In this document: piece after piece, positions 1 through 12,859 of the stretch
Layout of the letters: each line of letters opens with the position of its first letter
Position numbering within the stretch: position 1 is the first letter of the stretch
Assembly: GCF_004010195.1 (NCBI RefSeq)
Contig: NC_057753.1
Location: forward strand, 15,137,345 to 15,190,268
Origin: Chiloscyllium plagiosum
Lineage: Eukaryota
Length of the DNA stretch: 52,924 bases
Direction: 5' to 3'
Translations under genes and position numbers: made by a program
The notes under the pieces: model-generated
What the model saw: the letters and a program-made list of their open reading frames with translations, nothing else
Databases searched by the model: none
What the model was told of the DNA's origin: nothing

Positions 1-88
1 CAAAAGCGGTTGCATTGGTTTGATATTTTGGGAGAAAATGATCAAAGGAATTGCACGTTAAAAAGGAGGAGGAGAGACATGGTCAGTG

Positions 89-162
89 ACAGAGAAAGAG
101 AGAGGGAGAGAGAGAGAGAGAAAGAGTGTGTGTGTGTGAGAGAGAGAAACAGAGAGAGAGAG
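89..162. repeat. compound (GA)n/(GT)n microsatellite
   Basis: Direct reading of the sequence. Confidence 0.9.
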
Positions 163-1206
163 AAACCTACACTGCTATCTGTTAGTGCAGTGAATAAGCA
201 CTGCTTCTGTGTTTGTTGTTTGTATTCAAGTATTTTCAGCTCTTTGATGCTTTGTTTGCAGGATTGCTAAGCTCTATAGATCGCTTGCTGCTTAGAATGT
301 TTGTCATGCAATTTGTCTTGTTTGTTAATTTCACCAGGTTCGCCTTTCCTTTTTAGGTGCTCTCTGAATATCCAAAACAAGGAAGAATGCTGAGACTCTG
401 ACTGTTGGGAAAATTAATCACTGCCAACAGATCAAGGTGCAGCTCTGGGGTCTGGTGCAGAGTGTGGTGCAATATCTGCAGGGTCTTGCAAATTGCTGCC
501 TGGGATGTATGCGTGGGGACTGAATGTTTAGCAAAACACATATTTATGGTGTTTGTCAAAATAGGGAAGATACACAATTTTGGAGTTCAAATCTGATGGG
601 AAGGTGGTGCAAAATTTTGAAGAGGCCCAAATACGGGGGCAAGGAAATTGTGGAAGTGTGCGAACTGACATGAAAACACTTGAGAGATAAAATTTGAGGC
701 CAATATTTCGCGGGCAAAATTGCTAGTCATAGAGAGCCAGAGAGAAAACAAAAAATAAAATAAGAATAGTGATATAGAGAAAATGTCTACACATCTGTGC
801 CTGTGCAATGAGGGTCTCTGTTGTTTTTGAGTGATTCTACTGAAATGGGTGAAACATCCACCCAGCTTTTTCTCTGCCTGTCCCTCTTTGTATTTAGAGT
901 GATACATTGCTGATTGTCTTGCTCATGTCTATTTCCTTATATGTGTCCCTGTGTTTTTGTGTCTGAGCATCTAACTCTGACTACAATGTGACACACTTTG
1001 TAGAGGAGGGAAGTTTGAATGACTGAACGAATCAACGAATTAAAAAAAGATGTATCAAAGACCCAGAGTCTCCATCATTGTTCAAAGCGATTCAGTGTCA
1101 CCCTCTGGTGGCTTCCCCACGATACTACACAAGAAGCATTTTTTTTGGAGAAAGAATCAAAGCCTGTGAATCTCTGAAGTTGTACAATACTTTCATACAG
1201 TGTCTT

Positions 1207-1830
1207 TATTGAATTGAATTGAATTGAATTTATTGTCATGTGTACCGAGGCACAATGAAAACCTTTATCTTGCGAGCAATACAGGCAGATCACAGAGTTA
1301 AGTAGTGTAGATAAGTAAATAATATGTAAACAGTGGCAAAAGCAAATGCACAGGTACAGGCAAATGTTAAGCGTTTGTGAGTCAATTCAGTATTCTAACA
1401 GCAGCAGGGTAGAAACTGTTTCCAAACAGGCTGGTGCGTGTGTTCAGGCTTCTGTACCTTCTCCCCGATGGTAGAGGTTGTAGAAAAACATTGCTTGGGT
1501 GGGACGAATCTTAGAGAATGCTGCCGGCCTTTCCTTGACAGCGGGCCTGGTAGATGGATTCTAGTGGTGCGAGGTTGGCCTTTGTGACTGTCCTGGCCGA
1601 GTTCACCACTCTCTGTAGCTGTCTCCGATCTTGAATTTTACAGTTGCCATACCAGGTTGTGATACATCCGGATAGAATGGTGTCGATGGCTCACCTATAA
1701 AAGTTGTCAAGAGTATTCGCCGTCATGCCAAATTTCCTCAGCTGCCTGTGAAAGAAGAGACGTTGTTGGGCCTTTGTAAAGAGTGCGTCCACATGAAGAG
1801 TCCAAGAAAGCTTGTTGTGGTGACCACAAT
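1207..1830 (-). mobile_element. Rex1/Babar-type non-LTR retrotransposon, 5'-truncated 3' end
   Basis: The minus strand reads LRKFGMTANTLDNFYR*AIDTILSGCITTWYGNCKIQDRRQLQRVV, typical of a Rex1 ORF C-terminus, and ends in an (AATTC)n tail at ~1207-1231. Confidence 0.75.
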
Positions 1831-2449
1831 ACCAAGCAGTTTTATCCAATCAGTGTCACCCCAAGAAATGAACAGAAGTAGAGGGAAAAAACCCAATGTT
1901 GGTTTCACTCCCTCAGTTTTGAATTCTTTCGTCACTGAGCAATTGAGAGAGTAAATTACAAGAAAAATTACAAATTGCTGAAATTACGGAAAGGTTAATA
2001 ATGTCTCCTTACAAAGTGATTCACTCAGACGTACCTGGATACAGTTGCAACGAAAATACTCTATTAAATAATTGTCAGACTACTGCTCAAAGACAAATAA
2101 TTTCCACATTGCAGAGGAAACAGACACGTTTCTGAACATGACCATGTTTCATTCTGAGGGAACATTTAGTACAGTTCCGCTGCACTCCGAACCAGCATAG
2201 TGTTTGTGTATATCTATGAGTGAGTCTATCTCAGTATGGTGTATTTGTGTGTCTGTGTAGTGTGTGTCTTTCTTGCTACTATAAGTTACTTCCGCTCTCG
2301 CTACAACGTTTTCTCTCACTCCTCTTTCCCACACGTCTCTCTCCATCTTCTCTCCTCTCTCTCCCTTCCTCTATCTCCCTCCCTCTATCAATCGCTCCCT
2401 TTTCCTCTCATTTTCTACCATTCCCCACCTCTCCACCTTTCTATAGAGG

Positions 2450-5400
2450 AAAGAGCAAATCAAATTCACAGCCCAGGAAGAGGCCCTGCAAGCCTGTGCC
2501 GATTCAAATCCACTGTCTGAACCTATCGCCCAATTCTTAAGAATCTGTATCCCGCTGCAACCCACCGACTCAAGCATCCGTCCAGATGCACCTTAAATGA
2601 ATCTACTGTGCCTGCTTCTACTACTTCTCCTCGCAACGCGTTCCAGGCACCTACCACCGTCTGTGTAAAGTACTTTCTGCGTGTATTCCCCTTAAACTTT
2701 TCTCCTCTCACATTGAACGGGTGACCTCTCGTTATTGAATCTCTTGCCCTGTGATAAAGCTTATCTCGATCTATCCTGTACATACCCTCTATGATTTTGT
2801 AGACCTCAATCACGTCCTCTCTCAATCTCCTTTTTGTTCTAATGAAATCAATCCTGAGCTACTCAACCCCTCTTCATAGCGCCCTCCATACCAGGCAACA
2901 TCCTTTTAAACCTTCTCTGCACCCTCTCCAAAGCGTCCACATCCTTTTATTAATGTGGTGACCAGAACTATACACAGTCTTCTAAATGCAGCCGAACCAA
3001 GATCTTGTACAATTTTAACAAGACCTGCCAGCTCTTATGCTTCATGCCACGTGCGATGAAGACCAGCAAACCATACGTTTTCTTGACCACTCTATCCATC
3101 TGTATAGCCACCTTCAGGGTACAATGGGCCTGAACACCCAGATCTCCCTGATCACCAACGTTTCCCAAGGCTAGCGAGTTTTCAGAAGATTTGCAGCTCA
3201 GCGAGCAAACCTACATACAAATATTTTTCAAAGGCTCTTCCATTTACAGGACAGTTCGCTCTAGAATTAAACTTTCCAAAATGCATCACCTCACATTTGC
3301 CCAGATTGAACTCCATCTGCCCCTTCTCTGCCCAACTCTCCAGTCTATCTATATTTTCCTGGATTCTTTGACTGTCTCCATGCTTTCTACTACTCCACCA
3401 ACCTTCGTGTCATCTGTAAACTTACTGATCAGACCAACAATGCCCTCTTCCAGATCATTTATGTATATCACAAACAATAATGGCCTCAACGCTGATCACT
3501 GTGGAACACCACTGGTCACTTTTCACTGTTTTGAGAAACTCCCTTCAACTAATATTCTCTGTCTCCTGTTGCTCAACTAGTTCTTTATCCACCGAGTTAG
3601 AACACCATTCACACCATATAATTTCACTTTCCCCAATAGTTTACACTGGGAAAACTTATCAAATGCCTTACGAAGTTTATGCACTTGACATTACGGCCTT
3701 TCCTTCATCTATCAACTTGGTCATTCCCTCACAGAACTCTCTTAAGTTGGCAAGGCACGATCTGCCCCACACAAAACCATGTTGCCTCTCACTGGTAAGT
3801 CCATTCCCTTCCCAATATAAATAGATCCCATCCCTCAAAACTTCTCCATCAACTTTCCGACCACTGATGTTCGGCTCACTGGCTGGTAGTTACCTGGGCT
3901 ATCCCTACTGCCTTTCCTGAACAGGGGGACAACATTAGCAACTCTCTGGCATTCCACCTGTGTTTAAAGATGTTACATAGATATCTGTCAAGGCCCCAGC
4001 TATTTCCTCTCTCACCTCTCTCAGAAACTTGGGATAGATCCCATCTGGTCCTGGGCATTTGTCCACCTTAATATCCTTCAGCCTACCCAACACATCCTCC
4101 CTCCTTATGTCATCATGATTTAGAGTAAGCAAAACTCTATCTCTAATCTCAACATTCACAGTGTCCCTCTCCTCAGTGAACACTGATGCAAAGTAATTAT
4201 TGGGAATCTCACCCATTTTCTCACATTCGACACGCATCCTTACTTCCTTATCCTTTAGTTAATCAACTCTTTGGCTCGTTACCCTCTTTCTTCTTACATA
4301 TTAATGAAATGTCTTGGATTCTCCTTTATTCTGCTCGCTAAAGTTATTTCATGACCCCTTCTAGCCCGCTTGATTCCTCGTTTACGATTCGTCTTACTGT
4401 CCCGATATTCCTCCAAGGCCCGTTCTTTTCTTAGCTGCCGGGACCTTATGCACGCTTCCCTTTTCCTCTTGGCTCGTCGCACAATTTCTCCTGTCATCCA
4501 AGGTTCAAGAATCTTGCCTTTCCTATCCCTTGTTTTCAAAGGACATGCCTATTGTGCACTATCTACAACATATCTTTGAAAGCCTCCCACTATCAAAAGT
4601 GGACTTCCCTTCAAATAGCTGCCCCCAATCCACATTTTCCAGCTCCAGCCGAATTTTGATATAATTGGCTTTGGCCCAGTTTAGTACTCTTCCCTGAGGA
4701 CCGCTCTCATCTTTGTCAACGAGTATTCTAAAGCCTACAGAATTGTGGTCACTATTCCCAAAGGAATTCCCCACTTGAACTTCTACCACCTGGCCTGGCT
4801 CATCCCAAAAACTTGGTCCAACAGTCCAACAGATGGACTATTGACATACTGCTCTAGAAAACTTTTCTGGATGCTCCTTACAAATTCTGTCCCATCTTGA
4901 CCTCTGACATTAAGAGTATCCGAAGTTTTGTTGGGATAATTAAAATATCCTATCACCACCCACTGTTGCCTCTACATCTTTACATGATATGTTTACCTAT
5001 TTATTCTATTACCTCATGCTCACTGTTGGGAGACCTATATTACCCCCGCACCCCCCAACAATGTAACTGCACCCTTCTTATTTCTCAGATCTATTCATAA
5101 TGTCTCACTGCTTAAGTCCTCCATAGCGTCCTCCTTTAGCATAGCCGTGATATCGTCCCTGAGCAGCAATGCAATTCCTCCCTCCCCACTTTTAGTTCCC
5201 TCCCTGACCAGTCTGAAGCATCTATATCCTGGAACATTTAATCGCCAATCATGCCCTTCCTTCAAGCAAGAGGCTGTGATCGCAATAACGTCATAATTCG
5301 AAGCACTAATCCAAGCCCAAAGTTCGTCTACCTTACCACAATACTCCTTGCAAGAAAGCGTGAACACTTCAGACCACCAGTCCATTTGCGTTCATCTGCT

Positions 5401-5610
5401 CTCTGCCCACTCTTCCTCTTGGTAATGCTAACCTCAAGTTCCTGATCCCTGCTGTCTCTGGTTTTCACCCTCACTGTGTACTAGTCTTCTCTTCTGGTTC
5501 ACAGACCCCTGCCACGTTAATTTAAACTCGCCCCAACAGCAGTAGCAAAAACTCCCCCAAGGACAGTCCCAGTCTGGTTCAGGTGTATAAAATCTAATTT
5601 GTAATAGCCT
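2450..5610 (-). mobile_element. CR1-type LINE, long degenerate copy (end of ORF1, APE endonuclease, RT, 3' UTR)
   Basis: Fragmented ORFs: KVDELWAWISASNYDVIAIT..NVPGYRCFR (APE), GNSDHNSV (APE C-end), KCPGPDGIYPKFLRE, LLFVIYINDLEEG..KFTDDTK (RT), EVYKII..TRGH. Many stops and frameshifts. Confidence 0.92.
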
Positions 5611-5619
5611 TGAGTGTCA

Positions 5620-6280
5620 AGTCCATAACTCCCTCAAATTAGCCACACAGTGGAAAGAACATAAGAAAAAAGCATGTGACATGCTTCCGTTTATTGGTCA
5701 GGGCACTGAGTGCAAAAGCCAGGGAGAAATATCGTAGCTTTATGAGACTTAAAGACATTGCGTTCAATTCTGGTCGCCACATTATAGGTAAGATGTGGAG
5801 GCTTTGGACAACATACAGAAGAGGTTTACCAGGATGCTGGCTGAATTAGATGGTAAAACGAGAGGCCAGACCAACTTGGGCTGCTTGTCCTGGAACAGCA
5901 GAGTTGACACTTTGTAGAAATCTATAAAGCTATGGCATTCACATATAGGTTTGACAATCGGAATCCTTATCCCAGAAATTAAATGTATAATATTAGGCGA
6001 CATGAATTTAACCGAAATGTTCAAGGTTCAATGGACATATGAGGGGCACGTTTTTTACACAGGGTGATAGGTTCATGAAATGCACTGCCATGCATCATAC
6101 TGGAAGCAGATGCGAAAGGGGAGTCTAAGAGGCTTTTTGATCAGCACATGAACAAGCAAGGGGTGGAGGGGATTGACCATGAGATGGCAGAAAGGAAGAG
6201 TTTATTTTGGCGTTACAATCAGCTCAATATCATGGGCCGAAGGTCCATTCTTGTGATGTACTGATATATGTTATATGTTC
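5620..6280 (+). mobile_element. CR1 LINE 3' fragment, degenerate
   Basis: Matches the ORF2 3' motif (cgttcaattctggtcgccacattatagg...gaggtttaccaggatgctg) and the gggccgaagg...tatgttc 3' tail. Confidence 0.8.
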
Positions 6281-6339
6281 GAAGGCAGCTCATCATTTAT
6301 CGTGTCTTTCCCAGTGGGCTATTGCAAGCGGTTGAGCGG

Positions 6340-6615
6340 ACTGAAATTTGTTTTTTATCATTCACTGGATGAGGGCATCGCTGGCTTGTGCCATTATCTT
6401 GTTCATCTATAATAGACCAGAGGGCAATTAAGAGACATTGCTGTCGGACTGGAGTCACATGGACGCCAGATCAGGTAGAGATGGCAGTCTCTCCCCCGAA
6501 TGGACCTTATTGAACAAAATGGGATTTTCGTATCGTCAACGATGTTTTGGTCATCATTACAGTCTTAATTCCAGGTTTTTAAAAGGAATTAATTTCAAAT
6601 TCTATCCTTTGCCTT
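6340..6615 (-). mobile_element. second tRNA-derived SINE family (3' part; 5' head probably continues at ~7290-7350 after nested CR1 insertions)
   Basis: Reverse-complement similarity to the copies at 23420-23735 and 24655-24995. Confidence 0.55.
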
Positions 6616-6619
6616 GGCG

Positions 6620-7290
6620 CAGCCTTAGAGTAAAAAAGAGGACCTTGAGAACGGAGATGAGGAGAAGCATCATAAGTCAGAGGGTCGTGAATCTATGGAA
6701 CGTATCGGCCCTGAAGCTTGTGGACGCCAGATCATTGAGTATATTTAAGACAGAGATACACAGGTTTTTGATTGCTGAACGGATCAAAGGTTATGGGGAG
6801 AAGATGGAGGAAGGTGGTTGAGAAATTTATCAATCTTATAGAGTTTATAAAATCATGAGGGGCGTGGATGGGCTAAATAGGCAAGGTCGTTTCCCTGGAT
6901 TTAGGCTGTTCAGAACTAGAGGGAATATGCTTTTGGTGAGGGGATAAAGATTAAAAAGGGATCTAAGGGGCAACTTTTTCAGGCAAAGAGCAGGGCGTGT
7001 GAGGAATGAGTTGCCAAAAGAAGTGGTGGAGACTGGTACAATTGCAACATTTAAAAGACATCTGGATCGGTACATGAATAGGAAGAGCTTACAGGGACAT
7101 GGGCCAACTGCTGGCATATGGGATTGAATTAATGTAAGATAGCTGGTTGGAGTGGACGGGTTGGATCGAAGGGTCTGTTTCCATGCTGAACATTTCTATG
7201 ACTGTATGACTCCAAATATGCCTGAACAGCACAGCAGACCCGATGGACGGAATGGTCTGATTTCTGTTTATGTATTTTATCGTCTTATGT
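6620..7290 (+). mobile_element. nested CR1 3' fragments (6843-7212 inserted into an older copy)
   Basis: Two successive ORF2 C-terminal segments (QRVVNLWN; tttataaaatcatgagggg...), each with its own ctatg-type tail. Confidence 0.8.
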
Positions 7291-7859
7291 TCTTAACTGG
7301 AACCTAGTACCAAAGAACATTACCTTGGTCTGGATTTAGAGTTTAATATCACTGGACCATCAACTTGCACAATGAGGATGTCTTAATAAAACTGGAACAT
7401 GAATGTTACCTCTGATGACCTGGAGATTGGTAGCGGGATGGGGGAGTGACTGTCGGTAAAATTGGAGATGCAGATACCCGCAGTAGATTAGATACTAAGC
7501 AGAAAATGTTTCCATATGAATAGGCAATGAGCGTTCCCCACACCCTGACTTCTTTTACCTGAGCAGGACAGTTTGCTCACCCTTAACAATGTAAGCCACT
7601 CACCATTCCCACCCCGCTTGTGTTAGCACGAAAATAAGCTTAAATCAGTCACTGTCAAGATTGGTTTCACCTTAATCTCTTCTATAATAACGACAAGCTC
7701 TCCAGTTGGTCTGCTATCATGCAAATGGATTCAAACCTTAACTCCGAACCCTCAGTTAGAGTTCGTATCAGTTAGGTATATGTTGCTACCCCCACAGGGA
7801 ATGTGAGATGAATTGAAAAATTTGCTGGCATCTCGGTTGCCCAGTTTCTTTTCCCAGAA

Positions 7860-8746
7860 CTATTGAGTACATCGAATAATTGAAGTAAAGGGATATTTCA
7901 ATGCACTCTTTAATTGCTTTCTGAACTTCGTTTGGGTCACTGCATAAATTATGGTGTTCGTGCAGCAACTGAGGAGCTGTAGCATGAAGCCTAATTCCTG
8001 GACAAAATCGTATATCCAAACAGACAGATAACCTAAATGAGACATTCGATTCCAAATCGAATGCAGCATTATCATTGACCACAAAATGATGAAATTTGCT
8101 GAGATAAAAAACAGCAAAATGATTGATTTCCTTCGACTCTCCATTTCTGGGTCTCTGGCACTCTGGTGAATGAGTCTCCCGCGGGCTCTGCTGCTCACGA
8201 GAATGTGTCGGATGGTGAAAACATTGAGCAGCAGAATCAGGACGAACGGGAGAGCTGGAGTGAGAATGTAATGGAGAAACTCGAGTATGACCCAGAACTG
8301 AGATTCCTGAACATCATTTGTGACACGACAAAACCATGGCCTGTTTATTAGCCAATACTGATCTGTCAGCATAAAATACCAGAAAGTATTATTTAAACAA
8401 CTCAGTACAATCACTGTTCCTAGAAACACAGGTACTGTTTTCTCATTGCAATATTTGCTTTTGAGCTTCTGGCAACAAATGGCCAAAAATCGATCGAAGG
8501 TGAAAGTGACGGTGAACCAGACAGAGCAGTCAGTGACTGCATAAAGCAGGACGGCGTGGATGTTGCACACGTGGACCGAATACAGGAAGACAAAATAGAC
8601 ATAGTAAACGATTGGTATTTGTCTTAATATCAAGTCGATGATAATGACCAGTAGATCTGTCACCGCCATGGCCATCAGGTAATAGTTGACACATTTGGAG
8701 AGGCCACACTTTTTGCGAGATAGGATCACTACCGTTAGTATGTTAA
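7860..8746 (-). CDS. GPR139-like class A GPCR, gene 1, coding exon 2 (TM1 end to TM7 and C-tail); spliced protein 339 aa
   Basis: Acceptor ttcctttcccacAG|TT AAC at 8748-8747. The open frame has hydrophobic TM segments, TM2 AVTDLL, TM3 Cys and FTFDRF, ECL2 PWFC, TM7 CCTNTIIY and helix-8 TKFRKQL, with stop TAG at 7862-7860. Family assignment is from recalled motif similarity, not a database search. Confidence 0.92.
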
Positions 8747-8779
8747 CTGTGGGAAAGGAAAATAACCTATAAAATTGCA

Positions 8780-9370
8780 CACGAGGGACACAAAACTTGA
8801 TACAGTACGTTAGGTCTAGTTTGACGAACACCTTACATGAGTGTAACAACACTTCTTTATATACGTAACCCGGTCTATTGCAATAAATGGCAGAGTTTCC
8901 TTTGCCTTTCCTATAATATGCTGTACTTGCCTTCACACTTTCTGTGATTCATTCACAAGGACACCCACATCCCTATGCATTCTCGCACCGTGAACTTGAT
9001 TCTGATCTAAATAAGAATTTGCCCTTTCATCTTGCTGGCCAACATGGACAACCTCGCACTTGTCCATATTAAACTCCAACTGCCACATGCTGTCTCATTC
9101 TCCGAGCCTATCAATATCCATGTATAAGCTGTCTATCTCCTCATCACTGCCTGCTTCCCCATCCATTTTAGTATTATCCGTGAATATTGCTATGTTACAC
9201 TCTGTCTGTCATTGCAGATCACTTATTTCAATTCTCAGTAATTGAGATCCCAGAAATGAACCCTGCGGCAACCCAGACGCTACATTTCGCCGTCCAGAGA
9301 AGGACGCATTTATTCCGACCCTCTGCTTCCATTAGCTGAACAATCCTCTCTCCCAAACAAAAGGACGACA
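8780..9370 (-). mobile_element. CR1 RT fragment in gene 1 intron
   Basis: Degenerate RT region and the YKSKEVLL..LVRL-like motif. It accounts for the spurious N-terminal extension of ORF 7860-8936. Confidence 0.7.
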
Positions 9371-9559
9371 GAACTGTCCTTTGATCACTTTAATCCCTAG
9401 GATTAAAAAAAAATCTCCTAATAAGTAGTGTCGGATTTGACCTCCTTGACGTGAGATATTGAATATAATGCACCCCCATGCTTCATCCAGTTAAAACTTT
9501 TCCCTTCCACGTTACAACTTAAGATGGCTGACTTCTCTCTTTTCCGAATCCACCACACT

Positions 9560-10020
9560 TGCACAACTGCACTCGTTATGGTCACAGTGGTCTACCAGCT
9601 CAGAAAAAGGCCCTTCTGGCCATTGAGTCGATGCAGCCTAAAACAGCCACAGAACAATTCTAATCATATTCCCTCGTCCTTGGCTCATGGCATAGTCTGC
9701 TTTGGCATCGCAATTAGTTCTCTAATATGATGAGGATTTCTGCCTCTTGCAGACACTGAGTTCCACATTGTCAAAACCCTCATTATTCCTTACCTCCCTG
9801 CTCTGAACTTTATGCCCCTAATCTTAATCTGTGCCGCCTGTTCATTGATCCCTCCGACAAGGGGAAAGGTTTCTTCCTGTCTACACTACTTATATCTTAT
9901 ACATCTCAGTTTGCACAGACCCCAGTCTATCCAATCCGTCCTCATCACTGAATCTCTCTAGGCCGGTCAACATCCCGCCTCCTCTCCAGTGTTATCAAAT
10001 AACGATTATAATGTGGATTA
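9560..10020 (-). mobile_element. CR1 3' fragment in gene 1 intron
   Basis: Degenerate similarity to the other CR1 3' ends in the window. Confidence 0.6.
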
Positions 10021-10764
10021 CCAAAAGACCCGTGACTGCAGGCATGAAGAAGGAAGGAGTGAGCCTACGGTGAACCTGACTTTCTCTGGCGGGCTGGCAA
10101 AAATGTTGGCTCTCTGAATGTAAAACAGAATGCAACGCTTTGGCAGCATCTTCAGACTGGCAACCAACATGACGGGGTCATCAACCCGCTCAGAAAAGCG
10201 CCATAGGCTCAAAGATGTCCAAAGCTCAGGTGAAACACCTTCAGGCTATTGTCTCTCTCCAAGATGAAAAAAAAACTCACTGCTTGAATCGTAGTGAAAA
10301 CATTCCTCAATGTTGTGAGGGTTTCAGACTTGACAAGACTGGGAGGGTGGAGATTTGTTGATGGGCGTTTCCTCAGTTATTGAGGAACTCTCAAACGCAG
10401 ATTTGTATTAGTATCAAAATCAACTCCCTACCGTGTCAGGATTAGGACCCAGCTCCCCAGAACATTAACTGGGAACTTACAGATTAATAATCCTCAAAGC
10501 CATCGCCAGAACGCAAGTTGACTCGAGGCTGAAAGAGCGAGTGTTTAAATCAGGAAAATGAAATGAGGAGAAAAGCCAAGAAGTGGGAGATCGGATCAGT
10601 CATTCAATAGACCGAAGCTCCTATCCATTCTGAGGTGTCGATCTCGATGAAATGGTGCTCGGGGCTAGTTCGGGGAAAGCGATGCGACTCTTCAGAAAAT
10701 CTATTAAGGGGAAAACAGCACCTGTATTGGCAGAGGCTGCCCTAGAACTGATGGACGCACAAAA

Positions 10765-11330
10765 ATAGTGTCATCATCACACAGCACGAAGACAAACCCG
10801 TCATCTGACTCATCCATGCTGAACAAGGTTCCCAAACTGAACTAATATTATTTGGCTGCAATTGGCCCAAGTGCTTCTAAACCTTTCCGAGCCATGTAAC
10901 CATTCAAATGTATTTTACATGTTGTAATTGCACCAGCTTCCACCACTTCCTCTGGCAGCTTGATCTGTGAGTGAACCACCCTCTCTGCATTGCCCCTCAG
11001 GTCCCTTTCATATTTCTCCCCCCCCCCCATCTTAAATCTATGCCCTCTAGCTTTAGACTCCCCGACCTCGGAGAAAGGACCTCGGCTGTTCACTTTATCT
11101 GCGACCCTCGCGGTTTTATAGACCTCATCTCTCAAACTCCTCCACTCCAGCGACAAAATGTCGCAGTCTATCCAGCCTCTCTCTCTATCTCGAACCTTCC
11201 AGACTTGATAACATAATTTCAAACCTCCTTTGCACCCTTTCCAGTTTATTAACATCCTTCCTATAGCAGGGTGAGTGGAATTGAACGTCATACTTATAAA
11301 GTGCCCTCAGTGGATATTGTGGCCTCACCA
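10765..11330 (-). mobile_element. CR1 3' fragment starting ~10 nt downstream of the gene 1 splice donor
   Basis: LVRP..VQFHSPCYRKDVNKLERVQRRF, then EVYK..ARGHRFK..EEVVEAG and the 3' UTR. Confidence 0.88.
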
Positions 11331-11339
11331 GATACATAC

Positions 11340-11472
11340 CAGGAACGCCAACGACAGCTAGAATAGGATAGTAGACGCCTTGAATAATCCAAAGCACGTC
11401 CTGAATTCGAGATGGTAGAGATATCCAGCCCTGGGAAATCCAGTAAAGTCCATGGTAGAAGCTTCGATCCAT
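11340..11472 (-). CDS. GPR139-like class A GPCR, gene 1, coding exon 1 (N-terminus and first half of TM1)
   Basis: ATG at 11472 gives MDRSFYHGLYWISQGWISLPSRIQDVLWIIQGVYYPILAVVGVP (44 codons plus 1 nt), followed by a phase-1 donor G|GTATGT at 11339. Splicing to 8746 restores the TM1 motif GVP-VN in frame. Confidence 0.88.
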
Positions 11473-12469
11473 TGTTATACTGACCCCCGTCAGAGTTTGA
11501 TCACTCCCAGTCTCTGGAAATGTTGTTCCTCTGTTAGTGAGGGAGCTGGCACTCCAGCTGACACAGCCGGATAACACGCTGTAAGGCGCCGTTTACTAAT
11601 AAAGGAGAAGAGAGGCTTCAAGGGACTCAGCGAGGATCCGTGGAGATTGACTTCAATGAGTGATGCAAAACAAATAGTTTGAATTAACCTCTTTCAGTCC
11701 AACAGGTCTCTGCATCACTAAAAAAAGGAACATTTGACCAGTCTCAGCGCCATGTATGTGGGTGAACGAGGAAGTGGGTGGGGGCAAGGGCAGAGGCATT
11801 GGCCATCACGTTTCAACTATTGTTTGATACATGAGTGCATTCAGAGTGCTGGAGAATTATAAATTACACATCTTGTTTGTTAAAGAACTGTTATGTTGTT
11901 TTCTTTTAAAATCATTCATCAGATTTGGGGTTTCGCTGGCTGGGCCCAGCATTTGTCATACTCTCCTAGTTATCCCGAAGAGAAGGTGCTGGCGTGCGAC
12001 TAGGATGAGAAGTGGAAGGAGAAGGGGCAGCTGTTACATGTAACAACACCCCCACGAAAGTTATCCTCTGAACCACTCACCATCCTGTCTTGGAAATACC
12101 TGTGGATCGCCACTCCTTCACTGTCACTGGGATTTCATTCCTGAAGGGCATTTTGGTTTCTGCTTTCAACGCATGGACTGCAGCGGTCCAAGAATATAAC
12201 TCACCCAAAGGTTTTACACACACAACTTAACAAATATGGAGATATGCGTATATACAGATACACACCCACAGGCACATTCAAACCAACACTCTCACAAAAA
12301 CATGCACATAACGTCTTTTAGTATATTCTCAGGAAAGGGCTTCAGCCGCTTAAAAGGTTCATGTTCACTCGTACAATAAACTCATGATGATTTTCCCAAA
12401 GTATCTGTGCGGTCATTTAATGTTCATTTGTGAACAAAAATGTAAACATCCATGTTTATGTGTTAGAGT

Positions 12470-12830
12470 GAATATCAGTGAGTGAGTATAAGTAAGAGTG
12501 GAAGTGTAACCGAATGTATCAATGAGTGAGAGTGTGAGGACAATTGTGTGTGCTTTTGTGTCTGCCATTAGTGAGTGCGTGAATGCAATTACCAGTGCTA
12601 CTCTGAGTGTGTCAGTCAGTGTGAGTACGAATGCAATTGTTTTCCGTACGTGTGTGCAATTGAGTGAGCGAGTGTATAATTGTTCGTGTTTCTGTGTGAA
12701 CGTCAACGTGAGTGTGATTGTATCAGTGAGTGCCAGAATGTGAGTGTAATTGTTCTTGCTATTGTGAGCATGCACGTGTGTGTCAGTGAGTGTGTGTGAG
12801 TGAGTGCGAGTGTAATTGTCTGAATTCTTG
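12470..12830. repeat. degenerate (GT/GAGT)n low-complexity tract
   Basis: Direct reading of the sequence. Confidence 0.8.
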
Positions 12831-12859
12831 TGAATATGTGCAGTTGCATCGCACGTGAT

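Noticed and set aside
8747..8936. N-terminal 63 codons of the 358-aa ORF as the receptor N-terminus
   Set aside because: It starts at a non-ATG codon, is CR1-derived intron sequence, and lies upstream of a clear acceptor. The true exon 1 is at 11472-11340.
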